A stretch of DNA of 64,000 nt from Candidatus Omnitrophota bacterium. Its GTDB lineage: Bacteria; Ratteibacteria; UBA8468; MWAK01. Below, piece by piece: positions 8,273 to 18,090 of the stretch. The stretch is from contig JAZDPL010000073.1 in NCBI GenBank assembly GCA_043797665.1, positions 62,009-126,008 of the forward strand, given 5' to 3'. Each line of letters starts with the position of its first letter. Positions within the stretch are counted from its first letter, which is position 1. A program made the translations under genes and the position numbers. Under the pieces are notes generated by a model. That model did no database searches, had not been told where the DNA came from, and was given only the letters and a program-made list of their open reading frames with translations.

Positions 8273-10351
8273 TCAGAAAATCCGGAAAAGGCTGGTGCTC
8301 CGCGGCGGAAAATTCCGGACAAAAAAGTCTTTATCTTTGACAATCCGTTTTCTGGCAAAGAGGTCGTAAACGGAAGTTCTTTTCTTGAGTCTGATTTTCT
8401 TTACGCCGCCGTACTTTGTGTGTATCGCCAAAAAACTTTTGTTGACATAAATAACGTCGCCCGCGTCTCCGTAGATGTGCACCCCGCAATATCTGGCGAT
8501 GCTGCGGAAAAGGGGGAATGGCATCTCCGGTACCGCACAGTAAATAGATGTCCAGTCCCGGAATTTCCGCAGGACCAAACCCGGCTTTTGGTTGTCTAAA
8601 AACTCTCCCAGCACCTCCGCGTCCCTGTCTTCGGCATAATATACCGGATTCAACCAGCCGTCCAGCACCTGGCCCGGGATGTCGTAGAAACAGCGGGGGT
8701 TGATACCTTCTGTAATTTCGGGCATATTGTCGGTGAGCCTCAAATAAGGCAGAGCGGCCTGATATTTCACCGACGCCTTTATTCCGGTAAGAGCCCTCAC
8801 GTTATCCAGCGAAAACCCTTTATTGTTTATTATTCCCGGAGCGTAAAACCACACGCACAGCTTGTCTTCGGCCTTAACCTTTAGATTCATTATTGTCCGG
8901 CAAGCGTCGCTTACGTAAAAAGCGTTCAGGAAGATGTACATCTTATACTGCTTGTGATTCAGGTTCCCGATGTCGCTCAGGAGATACGTGTCGTAAGGAC
9001 TCCCGATACGGCTTAATTGGTACTGCAGGTTCCGGATAATAAGCGGATAGGTTACGTTGTTGTTAATGTCCTGGTAAGCGAAACTTTCTTCGTCGATGAA
9101 CACCGCGATTTCCGAAACGGAAGAACGGTCTAATCCAAGGCTTCCGTCCCCTATTTTCTTAAGATTCCGCATCAATGCCAGAATTTTGCGGTCAGCGAAC
9201 CACCCTGAGTTCTCCAGGTCGAACCACCACATATCAACGCCGGATGTCAGGGTTCTTGCGAAGTCCCTCTTAATTATCGCCAGGGAGTCTTCCAGGTTTT
9301 CCGGACGCCCGAACGCATCCTGTTCCGGGGAGGCAAGGAAGGTTCTGGTATCGGTCTCCGCAAACCACAGTTTTTTGTGCATCTTCACGGAATCAAGGGT
9401 AGTCATACTGGCGGCTGTCCCGCCCATCCCGCGGTTGATGTAATTGTTAGGGGACGAAAGAAAATCTATGTGCCTTGATTCCAGCATTTTTTTGAGGGCA
9501 AGGTGTCCGGAATGCTGATAGAGATACGGGTGCCAGGCAAAGACTAAATTATATCCGTAAAATGCGCCGCATAAAACATCTCTGGATGAAGCGCTTTTGA
9601 CCGCCTTCCCGAAATATGTGATATCCTGAACAATGAGTTCCGAAAGGAATTCGAAATAGTCGATGACGTTTCTCTCGGTGGATACGTCGCGGAATCCGGT
9701 CCGGTTGCATCGCAACCTCTCGTCCCGCGAAGGAATGCCGACATTGCCAAAATCCACCCGGTTATTGTTCCACTCTCTTTGCAACTCGGATAGGTTTTTG
9801 TATTTCCTCCGGAGCCAATTCCGGAATGTCCGTTCCATCGGCCGGGAAAAATCGCTGATGCGGAAATCGACGTATCCCCGGTAAAACCATTCGCCGGTCT
9901 CTCCGGCGCATAACATATAGCCGATAATCCTCTCCCGGTAAATCTTTTCCAGATACTTTACCAGGAGGGTCAATTTTTCCTTCCGTTCTTTTCTCCAGAG
10001 TTCTGAGGCCAGGGACTGACCGTGGCGCCCCCCCTGGTCGTCCCGCTGCATCTCATCGGGATGGCTTTTTTCCCACCAGGCGGGTGCGTCCACTTCAACC
10101 CTGAGAAGGAATTTTGCGTCCTTATCCGCCCGGATAACTGCGTCAATGTCTTTCTTTATCTTTTTGTAATCGTAATCTTTCCGGATTATGTGCTGAAAGA
10201 CATGAACCCCGCAATCTGCAAACTGGGCGTTATAAATTCCATTCGGGGAGGGAATGGCAAACTGCATGGTAAAAACGGGTTTGTTATTAAGATGCAAGGC
10301 CGGTGTGCCTTTGCAGTTTTTAACTTCTGCTTTCAATTTCCCGTATACCAC
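8273..10351 (-). CDS. GH42-like beta-galactosidase family protein, no signal peptide
   Basis: GETGEW acid/base region, [26 protein letters not shown] and a C-terminal trimerisation-type domain. Confidence 0.7.
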   Translation of the reverse strand: MVYGKLKAEVKNCKGTPALHLNNKPVFTMQFAIPSPNGIYNAQFADCGVHVFQHIIRKDYDYKKIKKDIDAVIRADKDAKFLLRVEVDAPAWWEKSHPDEMQRDDQGGRHGQSLASELWRKERKEKLTLLVKYLEKIYRERIIGYMLCAGETGEWFYRGYVDFRISDFSRPMERTFRNWLRRKYKNLSELQREWNNNRVDFGNVGIPSRDERLRCNRTGFRDVSTERNVIDYFEFLSELIVQDITYFGKAVKSASSRDVLCGAFYGYNLVFAWHPYLYQHSGHLALKKMLESRHIDFLSSPNNYINRGMGGTAASMTTLDSVKMHKKLWFAETDTRTFLASPEQDAFGRPENLEDSLAIIKRDFARTLTSGVDMWWFDLENSGWFADRKILALMRNLKKIGDGSLGLDRSSVSEIAVFIDEESFAYQDINNNVTYPLIIRNLQYQLSRIGSPYDTYLLSDIGNLNHKQYKMYIFLNAFYVSDACRTIMNLKVKAEDKLCVWFYAPGIINNKGFSLDNVRALTGIKASVKYQAALPYLRLTDNMPEITEGINPRCFYDIPGQVLDGWLNPVYYAEDRDAEVLGEFLDNQKPGLVLRKFRDWTSIYCAVPEMPFPLFRSIARYCGVHIYGDAGDVIYVNKSFLAIHTKYGGVKKIRLKKRTSVYDLFARKRIVKDKDFFVRNFPPRSTSLFRIF

Positions 10352-10995
10352 ATATTATTCCCTTGATTGGGAGGGATACTGGCTGCCTCACAGGACACCC
10401 AACCGGCATGGCCATCTACGTAGAGGACGTTTAAACCGACCTTGTGAAGTGTCGGCAGGGAAGTATCGATAAACATAACATCTACTGCTCCCCGGTCACC
10501 CATCATGGCACAGTCCGAGGGATTTGGGATACCGGTTATTCGGTGGCGGTCTCCCATATAATCAGCAGGGTGTCCGACCGCGTCTCCGCAGATATAAAGG
10601 CTCAAACCATAATGCCAGTTTGGTGACCAGGATATATCACTGAAATTCGCAACCCCGTTGCCGTATATATTAGCGGTATTCGTGCTGTTGGAAGGACACT
10701 TAAGTATCCTGCTGTTTGTTATGTAATTCATCATTTCTCCTCCGTCGGGAGCATAGTAGCCGACGTCGGAGCACCACCAGACATTAGCCGGGCTTCTTGC
10801 CAGCGGAAGCCAATCATCATAGTCCTGCTCATACATCAAAATACATAACCCCAGTTGTTTCAGATTGTTCAGACACGCCGCCTGCCTGGCTTTGTCCCTC
10901 GCCTGACTGAGCGCCGGCAGCAGCATCGCCGCCAGAATGGCAATAATCGCGATGACCACCAGCAACTCAATTAAAGTGAATCCTCTTTTCTTCAT
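10333..10995 (-). CDS. Prepilin-type N-terminal cleavage/methylation protein (DUF1559, H-X9-DG)
   Basis: [45 protein letters not shown], and H...NVLYVDGH. Confidence 0.92.
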   Translation of the reverse strand: MKKRGFTLIELLVVIAIIAILAAMLLPALSQARDKARQAACLNNLKQLGLCILMYEQDYDDWLPLARSPANVWWCSDVGYYAPDGGEMMNYITNSRILKCPSNSTNTANIYGNGVANFSDISWSPNWHYGLSLYICGDAVGHPADYMGDRHRITGIPNPSDCAMMGDRGAVDVMFIDTSLPTLHKVGLNVLYVDGHAGWVSCEAASIPPNQGNNMWYTGN

Positions 10996-11009
10996 TTTAC
11001 CCTCATTTT

Positions 11010-13526
11010 TTAAGGCTCGACAAATATCAAATCTCCGTACAAACGTGAACCTTCACAGTATCCGATTCCGCCGGCCCATTCCAGCCAACCCCGTCGGCCC
11101 TGCCCATCGTTGTCGTTCACCAGAGCGGAAAACCCGATTATTTTTCCCGGAACCGGTGCCAACAGAAGTTCATTTAGCGGAATAGCGGCTTCACAGGTCC
11201 ATCCGTCCGGGTCGTTCTTTATGCTCACTATGGCTTTATCAACCAGTTTTCCTTGAGCGGCACCAAATGCCTGGTCGGCAAAATTTTCCCACACCTGTGG
11301 ACCTTCCGGTGTCAGGGCAATGGTAAAAACCCGGCCGTGACTGACCGGCGACTCCGGCTCGGGGTCAACGGCAAACTGGATACTGTCTCCCGCCCAGGTC
11401 CGGTCACCTTTTTCATCCTGGACAAATTTATCATCGTAAACCCTTCCGGCCAGGTAGAGGTTCCTTTCGTCCCAGAGGGTGTAGAGAACGGCGCTTAAAT
11501 CATTTCGGCCATGCCACTCCTGAATTTCTCTAACCTGGCTTGCCTGTTCCAGCCGGACCGGAGTAGCCCTGTCCCATTCTGTCTTAAGAAGTCCGTCTAT
11601 TTCCGGTGCAGAGAGGGTTTTCACGCAGGTCAAAAAGTCCATTGTTTCTTCGCTGTGATACACAAGACCCCTGGCTGTTTTCAGCGTCGCCGCTATCCCG
11701 TACCAGGCATCAGGAATAACCCCGCCGCTTTCAACCGTAAACTTCAGCGAGGTTTCTTCAGATGGATTCAACTGCTCCAGCGTGGCGTGAACGGGTTCCA
11801 TAACCCAGCCTCCGGGGACCGCAAGGCTGACATCGCCGCTCAACGCCTTTTTCGTACAATTGTCAACGCTTACCGAAATTACCGGTTTTTCCGAGGATTT
11901 AACCAGATACGGTCTTAACTTAATGGTTGGCTGCGCAAGAATTCCCTCCGGCTTGACGTGCATATAGACAGGGCTCTCATCCAGGTCCAGACTCAAAACT
12001 CCGTTTTTCGGCTGCAGGGTGGTCGGGTTACCCATAATGTCTACGACCTCAATTTTATCATTGATAACGTTCAGGTTCAATTTCTGGTTGCCCTTGTTGG
12101 ACCAGAGCACGGAAATCGGCTCACCTTTTTTCTCGAAATAATAACCGGTGAAGCCCGCTCCCATTTTCAGGCGGGACACCGGCCGGGCGCCGTCAAGCTC
12201 GGAAATCAAAGCCGCATAACTTAGATAAGCCGATTTCGGCGTAAGGTCCCGGTAGAGCATGCCGATATTATTTAAATTGGCGGAGGACTCGTCCGTAAGG
12301 ATATCCGTCCCGAGAAACCAGAAGACCTTGCTTATTCCCTCGCCCAGAAAAACAATGGTCAATTTGGTCCTCAACTCGGTATCCGCTTTGGTGTCGGGTC
12401 CGGAGGGATAGTTCGCCATTTCGGTCATCCACAAAGGTTTGTCGTACCCGCGTTTCTTCAACGTCTGGCCGATTTTCGCGCCTTCCCGCGCCCCCTCTAA
12501 GTAATTGCCGGTATGGATGCCGAAAATATCAAAATAATCACCGCCTCCGTTTTTCAGCACTGCTTCCAGGAAGGGATTCCAGACGTCATAATTCTCGTCT
12601 CGCTGAGTATCCAGAATCGACTTCCCGATCGGCATACTTAAACTGCCCAGGTGTATTACGCAGTCGGGGTCTTCCTTTTTGGCTGCCTGATAGGACAGTT
12701 TAAGCATTTCCGTGTAAGATTCTACAGGTCCGTTCCAGAAATCAATCAGGTTTGCTTCGTTCAGCAGTTCCCAATTTTTGACCCTGTCTTTGTAACGCTT
12801 AACCGACGTAGCAAGGAAATCAGCAAAATCCTGTACATTCTTGGGCGGGGTGTTCAGATAACCGGTACCGTTTGCCCATTTCGGATAACTCACCACGCAA
12901 GCCAGGATATTCAAATGGTGTCTTTCCGCCCTGGGAATAAAGTCGTCAAAATGCGCCCAGACATATTTGTCCTTTCCTTCATTCTCGGCAAAATTCCAGG
13001 GCCAGTCCATCCTTATCCACCGGATGCCTATCTTTTCGTAAAGTTCCAGGAGCGGGTCATCCCAATCAAACCAGGAACAGATTCCGAAAGGGGAATCAGG
13101 GTTAAACTTCAGCGGAGGCGCCGGCGGGATAATTCCAAAGGTGGATTTCTTCTCCGCCAGGACGTCTTTGCCGGAAAGCAATTCGCAGGATACATAAAAT
13201 ATGCCTTTCTTTTTTAACCGGAGGCTGATTTCCCGGGAGATTTCCTGGCTGTTTGTATACTTTATGGCTATACGTTCATCTTTTATGGATTCGCCGTAAT
13301 AATCGAAAATGCAACATCTTAAAATTGCCTCCGGTACTTCCCTGGGATAAGATTTAACCGTAACCGTTAACCTTACTTCCTCGTCATAGTTGAATATGTT
13401 GCCGGTTTTGGTGCTGGCAATGGAAATGATTGCAGATTCCACCCTTGCGCCCGGCACGAGGACGACCGCTGCCAGGAATAATGTTTTAAAGAAATTATTT
13501 TTCATGAAAAATAAACCCTGGTCCAT
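11010..13526 (-). CDS. Secreted clan GH-A (GH39-like) hydrolase with Ig-like and CBM9-like domains
   Basis: Signal peptide (alternative start 13505); GIRWIR, WELLNE and LWMTE catalytic-like motifs; C-terminal [32 protein letters not shown]9-like domain. Confidence 0.72.
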   Translation of the reverse strand: MDQGLFFMKNNFFKTLFLAAVVLVPGARVESAIISIASTKTGNIFNYDEEVRLTVTVKSYPREVPEAILRCCIFDYYGESIKDERIAIKYTNSQEISREISLRLKKKGIFYVSCELLSGKDVLAEKKSTFGIIPPAPPLKFNPDSPFGICSWFDWDDPLLELYEKIGIRWIRMDWPWNFAENEGKDKYVWAHFDDFIPRAERHHLNILACVVSYPKWANGTGYLNTPPKNVQDFADFLATSVKRYKDRVKNWELLNEANLIDFWNGPVESYTEMLKLSYQAAKKEDPDCVIHLGSLSMPIGKSILDTQRDENYDVWNPFLEAVLKNGGGDYFDIFGIHTGNYLEGAREGAKIGQTLKKRGYDKPLWMTEMANYPSGPDTKADTELRTKLTIVFLGEGISKVFWFLGTDILTDESSANLNNIGMLYRDLTPKSAYLSYAALISELDGARPVSRLKMGAGFTGYYFEKKGEPISVLWSNKGNQKLNLNVINDKIEVVDIMGNPTTLQPKNGVLSLDLDESPVYMHVKPEGILAQPTIKLRPYLVKSSEKPVISVSVDNCTKKALSGDVSLAVPGGWVMEPVHATLEQLNPSEETSLKFTVESGGVIPDAWYGIAATLKTARGLVYHSEETMDFLTCVKTLSAPEIDGLLKTEWDRATPVRLEQASQVREIQEWHGRNDLSAVLYTLWDERNLYLAGRVYDDKFVQDEKGDRTWAGDSIQFAVDPEPESPVSHGRVFTIALTPEGPQVWENFADQAFGAAQGKLVDKAIVSIKNDPDGWTCEAAIPLNELLLAPVPGKIIGFSALVNDNDGQGRRGWLEWAGGIGYCEGSRLYGDLIFVEP

Positions 13527-13529
13527 TTA

Positions 13530-14282
13530 TTATTGCATTAACATACCACCACAAACCGGCAAATTTGCACCAGTAATAAAGTCTGCAAGCTCACTGGAAA
13601 AAAAGACACAGGCTTTCGCAATGTCATCAGCATTTGCAATACGTCCAAGCGGCGTACGTTCAACATGTCTGGTGAGCAATATGGAACTGGGAGATTTTGT
13701 TAGATCAGTCCACACCAGGCCAGGTGTAACCATATTCGCCGTGATATTGAATTTTCCGTAGTCACGTGCCAATGCTCGAGTCATGGTAAGAAGGCCGCCT
13801 TTCGCCGTAATATAGGGAGCGCTTGCTTCATTTAGCTCCCACATACAGGTAGTGCCAATATTAATAATGCGACCATAATTTTGCTGGCTCATCGTTGGCA
13901 ATACTGCTTGGCAGCAGTTGAAGGCGCCATGTACGATGACCTCCCAGGAATACACGAAATCTTTCCATTTTCCCTCCCCGACCGTTCCGCCGTGAAAGCC
14001 TGGAAAGGCATTGTTAATCAATACATCAATACGTCCGCCAAATTCATTTTTTGTCTGTTCCGCCATTGTGCTTACCGAGTCGGCATCTGAGACATCAGTC
14101 TGTATGGCAATCGCCGCACCACCGTCAGATTTAATCTGCTCAACAATTGCAATTGCGGCATCGGCATTATGAGCAAAGTTTACCACAACACGCGCACCCT
14201 CGCGGGCGAAACGCAAGGCTGTTGCTGCGCCAATACCACGACTGGCGCCGGTGATAATCGTCACCTTATCTTTTAATAACAT
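13530..14282 (-). CDS. SDR family oxidoreductase (FabG-like)
   Basis: TGASRGIG, NNA and YITAK motifs. Confidence 0.92.
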   Translation of the reverse strand: MLLKDKVTIITGASRGIGAATALRFAREGARVVVNFAHNADAAIAIVEQIKSDGGAAIAIQTDVSDADSVSTMAEQTKNEFGGRIDVLINNAFPGFHGGTVGEGKWKDFVYSWEVIVHGAFNCCQAVLPTMSQQNYGRIINIGTTCMWELNEASAPYITAKGGLLTMTRALARDYGKFNITANMVTPGLVWTDLTKSPSSILLTRHVERTPLGRIANADDIAKACVFFSSELADFITGANLPVCGGMLMQ

Positions 14283-14309
14283 GAAAAAACCTCCCGCATC
14301 TGTTTTTAT

Positions 14310-15656
14310 TCATTCCTCTTCGTCGTCGGCCGGTTTACTTTCAGCAATAGTTGAATTTTCCGCTTCTATCCGGGTTGCCGGGTTCAAAATGAAGTTTGTT
14401 ATGTCGGTATAATTCAGTTTTAAGGAGCCTGTTTTGGAGAATGTCCAGGTTCGATTCCCTTTTTCAATGTCCATCCGGGAGCGTTTTTCCGGTGTTCCGG
14501 TTACCGACAACGAAGCACCGTCCGGGACCACCAGGCTTGAACCGATCGGACTGAATTTCACGTTGACGCTGGAATGCGGTTTGCCGCCTTTCCAGAACGG
14601 CTGACCGCCTCCCCAGACCACCGGTCCGCCTTTGGGAATATAATAGGTTCCGATAATGTAGATGACATCGCTATCTTTGCCGCCGTGACTTTCGCTGATA
14701 ACACCTCCGTTTGCGGGGTCATCTACGACGCAGTTCTTAAAATCAGAGTTCCGGAGTTCCATTATGGATTTGCTTGCGAGGTAAATATCGATGGCGTTAT
14801 TTAAAAATTTTGCATCTGAGAACGCGCTATCAGAAAGATCGTGGGCTACAAAAATGGCGTAAGCGGCCGCTTTTTCGAAAACGCAGTTCTTAACTGTAGA
14901 ATCGCTCAGACCCAACTGGGAGCCGCTCGCAAAGATATGAGCGGTGGCGTTCTTCAACGTGCAATCACTTATTTCCATACGGCTGACGTCATGCAAAAAA
15001 ATGTTATAGGTACAGTCTTGAAAGAGACAATTCCGGACCCGGATGTCGTTCGACATAAATAGGCCCAAACCATAATAACCTTTTGAAATAGTGCAATAGT
15101 CCATTTCCAGCGCCGGCACGTTTACCGACTCACCGCAGTAATATGCGGAAACGCCGTATTTCTGAGGGGCATCTTTACCGAGTGATTCAAAAGACACGCA
15201 ATAGAATTTCCCTTTCGCCGATTGACTTAAAAGAATGTAGGCGTTCTTCCCGGGTTTTGGCATATCAGTATATATCCTGTTCAACGCTCCGGGATTTTTT
15301 TCCCCGTCGGGATTTCCCCGGTTGACAAAAACGCCCCCGTCTACAGACAGGCCCCCGCCGGCGTCAATCGCAATGTTTACCTGCTTGTTACCGTTGGAAG
15401 AATAGTCTATTTCCAGAATGCCGCCTTTTTTAATGGTTCCTTCTTTAAAACTGATGTTGATGGGCGCCGCACCTTTGGCAACGGTAATTTTATGTCCTTC
15501 TTCAATAACGAGATTATCTCCGCTCCGGGGGACGCCGATGTCGTTCCAGGTCGCCGGGTCGTTCCAATCACCGCCGCGGCTTGAGGCATAATCCGCCCCG
15601 GACAAGTAACCGCCGAAACCCGCAATAAACATCAAAACCATTATGGTCCTGCGCAT
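14310..15656 (-). CDS. Secreted right-handed beta-helix protein with a G8-like N-terminus
   Basis: Signal peptide; GGDWNDPATW..GVP..GD cap; repeated IRVRNCLF, ISDCTL and VKNCVF beta-helix turns. Confidence 0.65.
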   Translation of the reverse strand: MRRTIMVLMFIAGFGGYLSGADYASSRGGDWNDPATWNDIGVPRSGDNLVIEEGHKITVAKGAAPINISFKEGTIKKGGILEIDYSSNGNKQVNIAIDAGGGLSVDGGVFVNRGNPDGEKNPGALNRIYTDMPKPGKNAYILLSQSAKGKFYCVSFESLGKDAPQKYGVSAYYCGESVNVPALEMDYCTISKGYYGLGLFMSNDIRVRNCLFQDCTYNIFLHDVSRMEISDCTLKNATAHIFASGSQLGLSDSTVKNCVFEKAAAYAIFVAHDLSDSAFSDAKFLNNAIDIYLASKSIMELRNSDFKNCVVDDPANGGVISESHGGKDSDVIYIIGTYYIPKGGPVVWGGGQPFWKGGKPHSSVNVKFSPIGSSLVVPDGASLSVTGTPEKRSRMDIEKGNRTWTFSKTGSLKLNYTDITNFILNPATRIEAENSTIAESKPADDEEE

Positions 15657-16780
15657 ATTTCCCCCCTTAAAACCGTTTGCGTTTTCGCCAAAGTTCTGAC
15701 TCTCGCCTTTCCGGTTGATTCCCGGACGACCAATTCCACCGGAAAGGAGAACACCACTTTCTTATTTGTCAATTTTCCCGTTATTTGCCCCAGCAGAATG
15801 TCGGCTGCCTTTTCACCCATTTGGTATTTTAGTTGGTTGACCGTTGTCAAAGACGGGTAAAGGTTAGAGGTGAAATCCAGGTTGTCAAATCCCAGTACGG
15901 AAAAATCCTGCGGGATGTTGATTTTCATTTCGGCAAGTCGTTTTAAAGCGCCCCAGGCGATGTCGTCGTTAAGACAGAAAGCCGCGGTAACTTCCGGCCG
16001 GTTTTCAATAACCTCTCGGATAAAATGATAACCGGCCGGCCCCCCCCTTTTTTCCCCGCGGAAAATAAGGTTTTCGTTTTCAGGAAGACCGTATTCCAAC
16101 CGGGCTTTTTTGTAACCGTCAATTCTTTCCGACAGGGAGGTGGCTTCCGGTTCGCTCAAAACGGCAATCTGTTTGTGACCTAAGTCCAGCAGGTATTTGG
16201 TGGCTAAGTAACCACCCTGTACGTTGTCGGAAAGTACCGCATCAACATTAAATTCCGGTAGATGCCGGTCGACAAAGACGAACGGGATTTTCTCAGCCAA
16301 CAGTCCTCCATAATAAGCATGATTCTGGTTACCGGTAGCGGGTGCGACAATAAAACCAGCCACTGAACCGGTATATTTTGAGAAGTAGTCTCTCTCTTTT
16401 TCGGACGAGTTTTCGGTATCGCAGAGAATCAATTTGTAACCTTCCTGGTCAAGTTTACCCTGGATACCTTTCAGGATTTCCGCAAAAAACGGCCTGGTTA
16501 TATCCACCAGCATGACGGCGATTGCCTTTTCATCCCTTTTTACTTCCGGAGAATATGAAATTTCCGTGCCGTATCCCCTTTTCCTGACCAGGTATTTTTC
16601 CCTCTGAAGTTTCAGTAAAGCCTGCCTGATTGTCACCCGGCTGACCCTGAATTTATCAGCCAGCGCATATTCGGAAGGGATAATTTCACCCTTGACCAGT
16701 TTACCTTTTTCTATCTGCTGTTTCAGAGAATGGTAGATTTGGAGATATAAATATTTTGCCGGGCGGCTTTTTATCTTCAC
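15641..16780 (-). CDS. GntR-HTH / LacI-type sensor fusion regulator (AraR-like)
   Basis: PSEYALADKFRVSRVTIRQAL GntR HTH plus periplasmic-binding-type domain (IPQDFSVLGFDN, LTTV, VRES). Start placed at GTG 16780 from promoter geometry; the ORF track gives 16825. Confidence 0.9.
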   Translation of the reverse strand: MKIKSRPAKYLYLQIYHSLKQQIEKGKLVKGEIIPSEYALADKFRVSRVTIRQALLKLQREKYLVRKRGYGTEISYSPEVKRDEKAIAVMLVDITRPFFAEILKGIQGKLDQEGYKLILCDTENSSEKERDYFSKYTGSVAGFIVAPATGNQNHAYYGGLLAEKIPFVFVDRHLPEFNVDAVLSDNVQGGYLATKYLLDLGHKQIAVLSEPEATSLSERIDGYKKARLEYGLPENENLIFRGEKRGGPAGYHFIREVIENRPEVTAAFCLNDDIAWGALKRLAEMKINIPQDFSVLGFDNLDFTSNLYPSLTTVNQLKYQMGEKAADILLGQITGKLTNKKVVFSFPVELVVRESTGKARVRTLAKTQTVLRGEICAGP

Positions 16781-16786
16781 AATCAT

Positions 16787-16816
16787 ATTATACCCCAGCC
16801 GGGATTTCTTTGTCAA
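16787..16816 (-). promoter_or_regulatory. sigma70 promoter for the regulator/GH operon
   Basis: Minus strand TTGACA-18 bp-TATAAT. Confidence 0.7.
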
Positions 16817-16841
16817 TACCTTCATAATACTTTAATAATAC

Positions 16842-16871
16842 TTGTACAATACAACTTCCTTATGTTATAAT
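16842..16871 (+). promoter_or_regulatory. Extended -10 promoter overlapped by a candidate AraR-like operator
   Basis: TGnTATAAT at 16863-16871; inverted repeat TTGTA-CAA-TACAA at 16842-16854 over the -35 position. Confidence 0.6.
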
Positions 16872-16877
16872 TACAGC

Positions 16878-18005
16878 ATGGATATCATAACTTCCCGGCA
16901 AAGACTGTTAAGAACATTAAAGGGAGAACCAACGGACAGGATTGCCATTTCTCTGTATGAATTTGACGGAATTTACGATTCCTGGATTCACAACCATCCG
17001 GAATATGAAGCGATTCTAAAGTATGCGGAGGGAAAAACCGACCGGCTCTATTTCTGGAACCCAATCGGCGATAAGCCGGTTTTATTTTTGGGAGAAGTTA
17101 CCCCGGAGATTATCCGCGCGGATACCTGGAAAAAAGGCGATTCAGCCTACACCAGAACAACGGTCAAAACGCCGAGGGGCGAAATCTCCAACCTGGTTCG
17201 GCAGGACGACAACATACACACCTGCTGGGAACTGGAAGAATTTTGCAAGACCGAAGAGGACGCGGAAAAAGTCATTTCCCTGCCTTATATTCCCTATAAG
17301 CCGCTGGTGGGTTCGTTTTTTGAATTGGACAAGAATCTGGGCGAGTCGGGTATCGTCCTGGGAGATTTTCCGGACGCCCTCTGTTTAACCGTGGGCATCT
17401 TCGGGTTCAGCCGGTTTTTAATGATTTACACCGACAACCCGTCGCTTATTTTCAGGTTGCTTAATTTTTTTCAGGAAAGGATTTTGGATTACGCCCGGCA
17501 TCTTTTGGAAAAAGGGGCAGTTACGCTTTACCGCATCGTTGGACCTGAGTATGCGACTCCGCCTTATCTGTCTCCGACGGTATTTGATGAACTGGTTACC
17601 GGATATGACCGGGAATTGATAGTACTTTTTCATAAATACGGCGCTAGAGTGCGGTTGCATGCGCACGGAAAAATAAGAAAAGTGCTCGCTTCTTTTCTGG
17701 AAATGGGCATAGATGCCACCGACCCGGTTGAGCCGCCGCCGGACGGCGACGTAACGCTTGCCGAAGCAAGGAAAGTTTTAGGCAGCAAAGTAACTTTATT
17801 CGGCAACATTGAGGAAAGACTATTTGAAATCGGTACCAAAAATGACGTGGAAGAGGCGGTCCGGAAGGCGATTGAAGAAGGTGCGTCCGGCGGACCTTTC
17901 GTCCTCTGTCCGACCGCTATGCCCCTGGCCACTCCCCTGGACAGGAAAATCCAGGAAAATATCATCCACTACATAGATTGCGGGTTAAAGTACGGCAAGG
18001 TCTGA
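16878..18005 (+). CDS. Uroporphyrinogen decarboxylase / MtaA-family protein
   Basis: SRQRLLRTLKGEPTDRI N-terminus, LHAHG, GIDATDPVEPPP.GD, TLFGNI. Start ATG 16878 lies 6 nt after the -10 box. Confidence 0.8.
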   Translation: MDIITSRQRLLRTLKGEPTDRIAISLYEFDGIYDSWIHNHPEYEAILKYAEGKTDRLYFWNPIGDKPVLFLGEVTPEIIRADTWKKGDSAYTRTTVKTPRGEISNLVRQDDNIHTCWELEEFCKTEEDAEKVISLPYIPYKPLVGSFFELDKNLGESGIVLGDFPDALCLTVGIFGFSRFLMIYTDNPSLIFRLLNFFQERILDYARHLLEKGAVTLYRIVGPEYATPPYLSPTVFDELVTGYDRELIVLFHKYGARVRLHAHGKIRKVLASFLEMGIDATDPVEPPPDGDVTLAEARKVLGSKVTLFGNIEERLFEIGTKNDVEEAVRKAIEEGASGGPFVLCPTAMPLATPLDRKIQENIIHYIDCGLKYGKV

Positions 18006-18090
18006 AAGGAAATTTGCCGATGATAAAGATGCGGACTTTGTTTGAAGATAACCGGTTCACCCGGGCCGGAATGGTTCTGAAACTACGGTC

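Noticed and set aside
16878..18005. Calling the UroD-family genes hemE
   Set aside because: They lack the HemE RQAGR motif, are highly divergent from each other and have no tetrapyrrole gene context.
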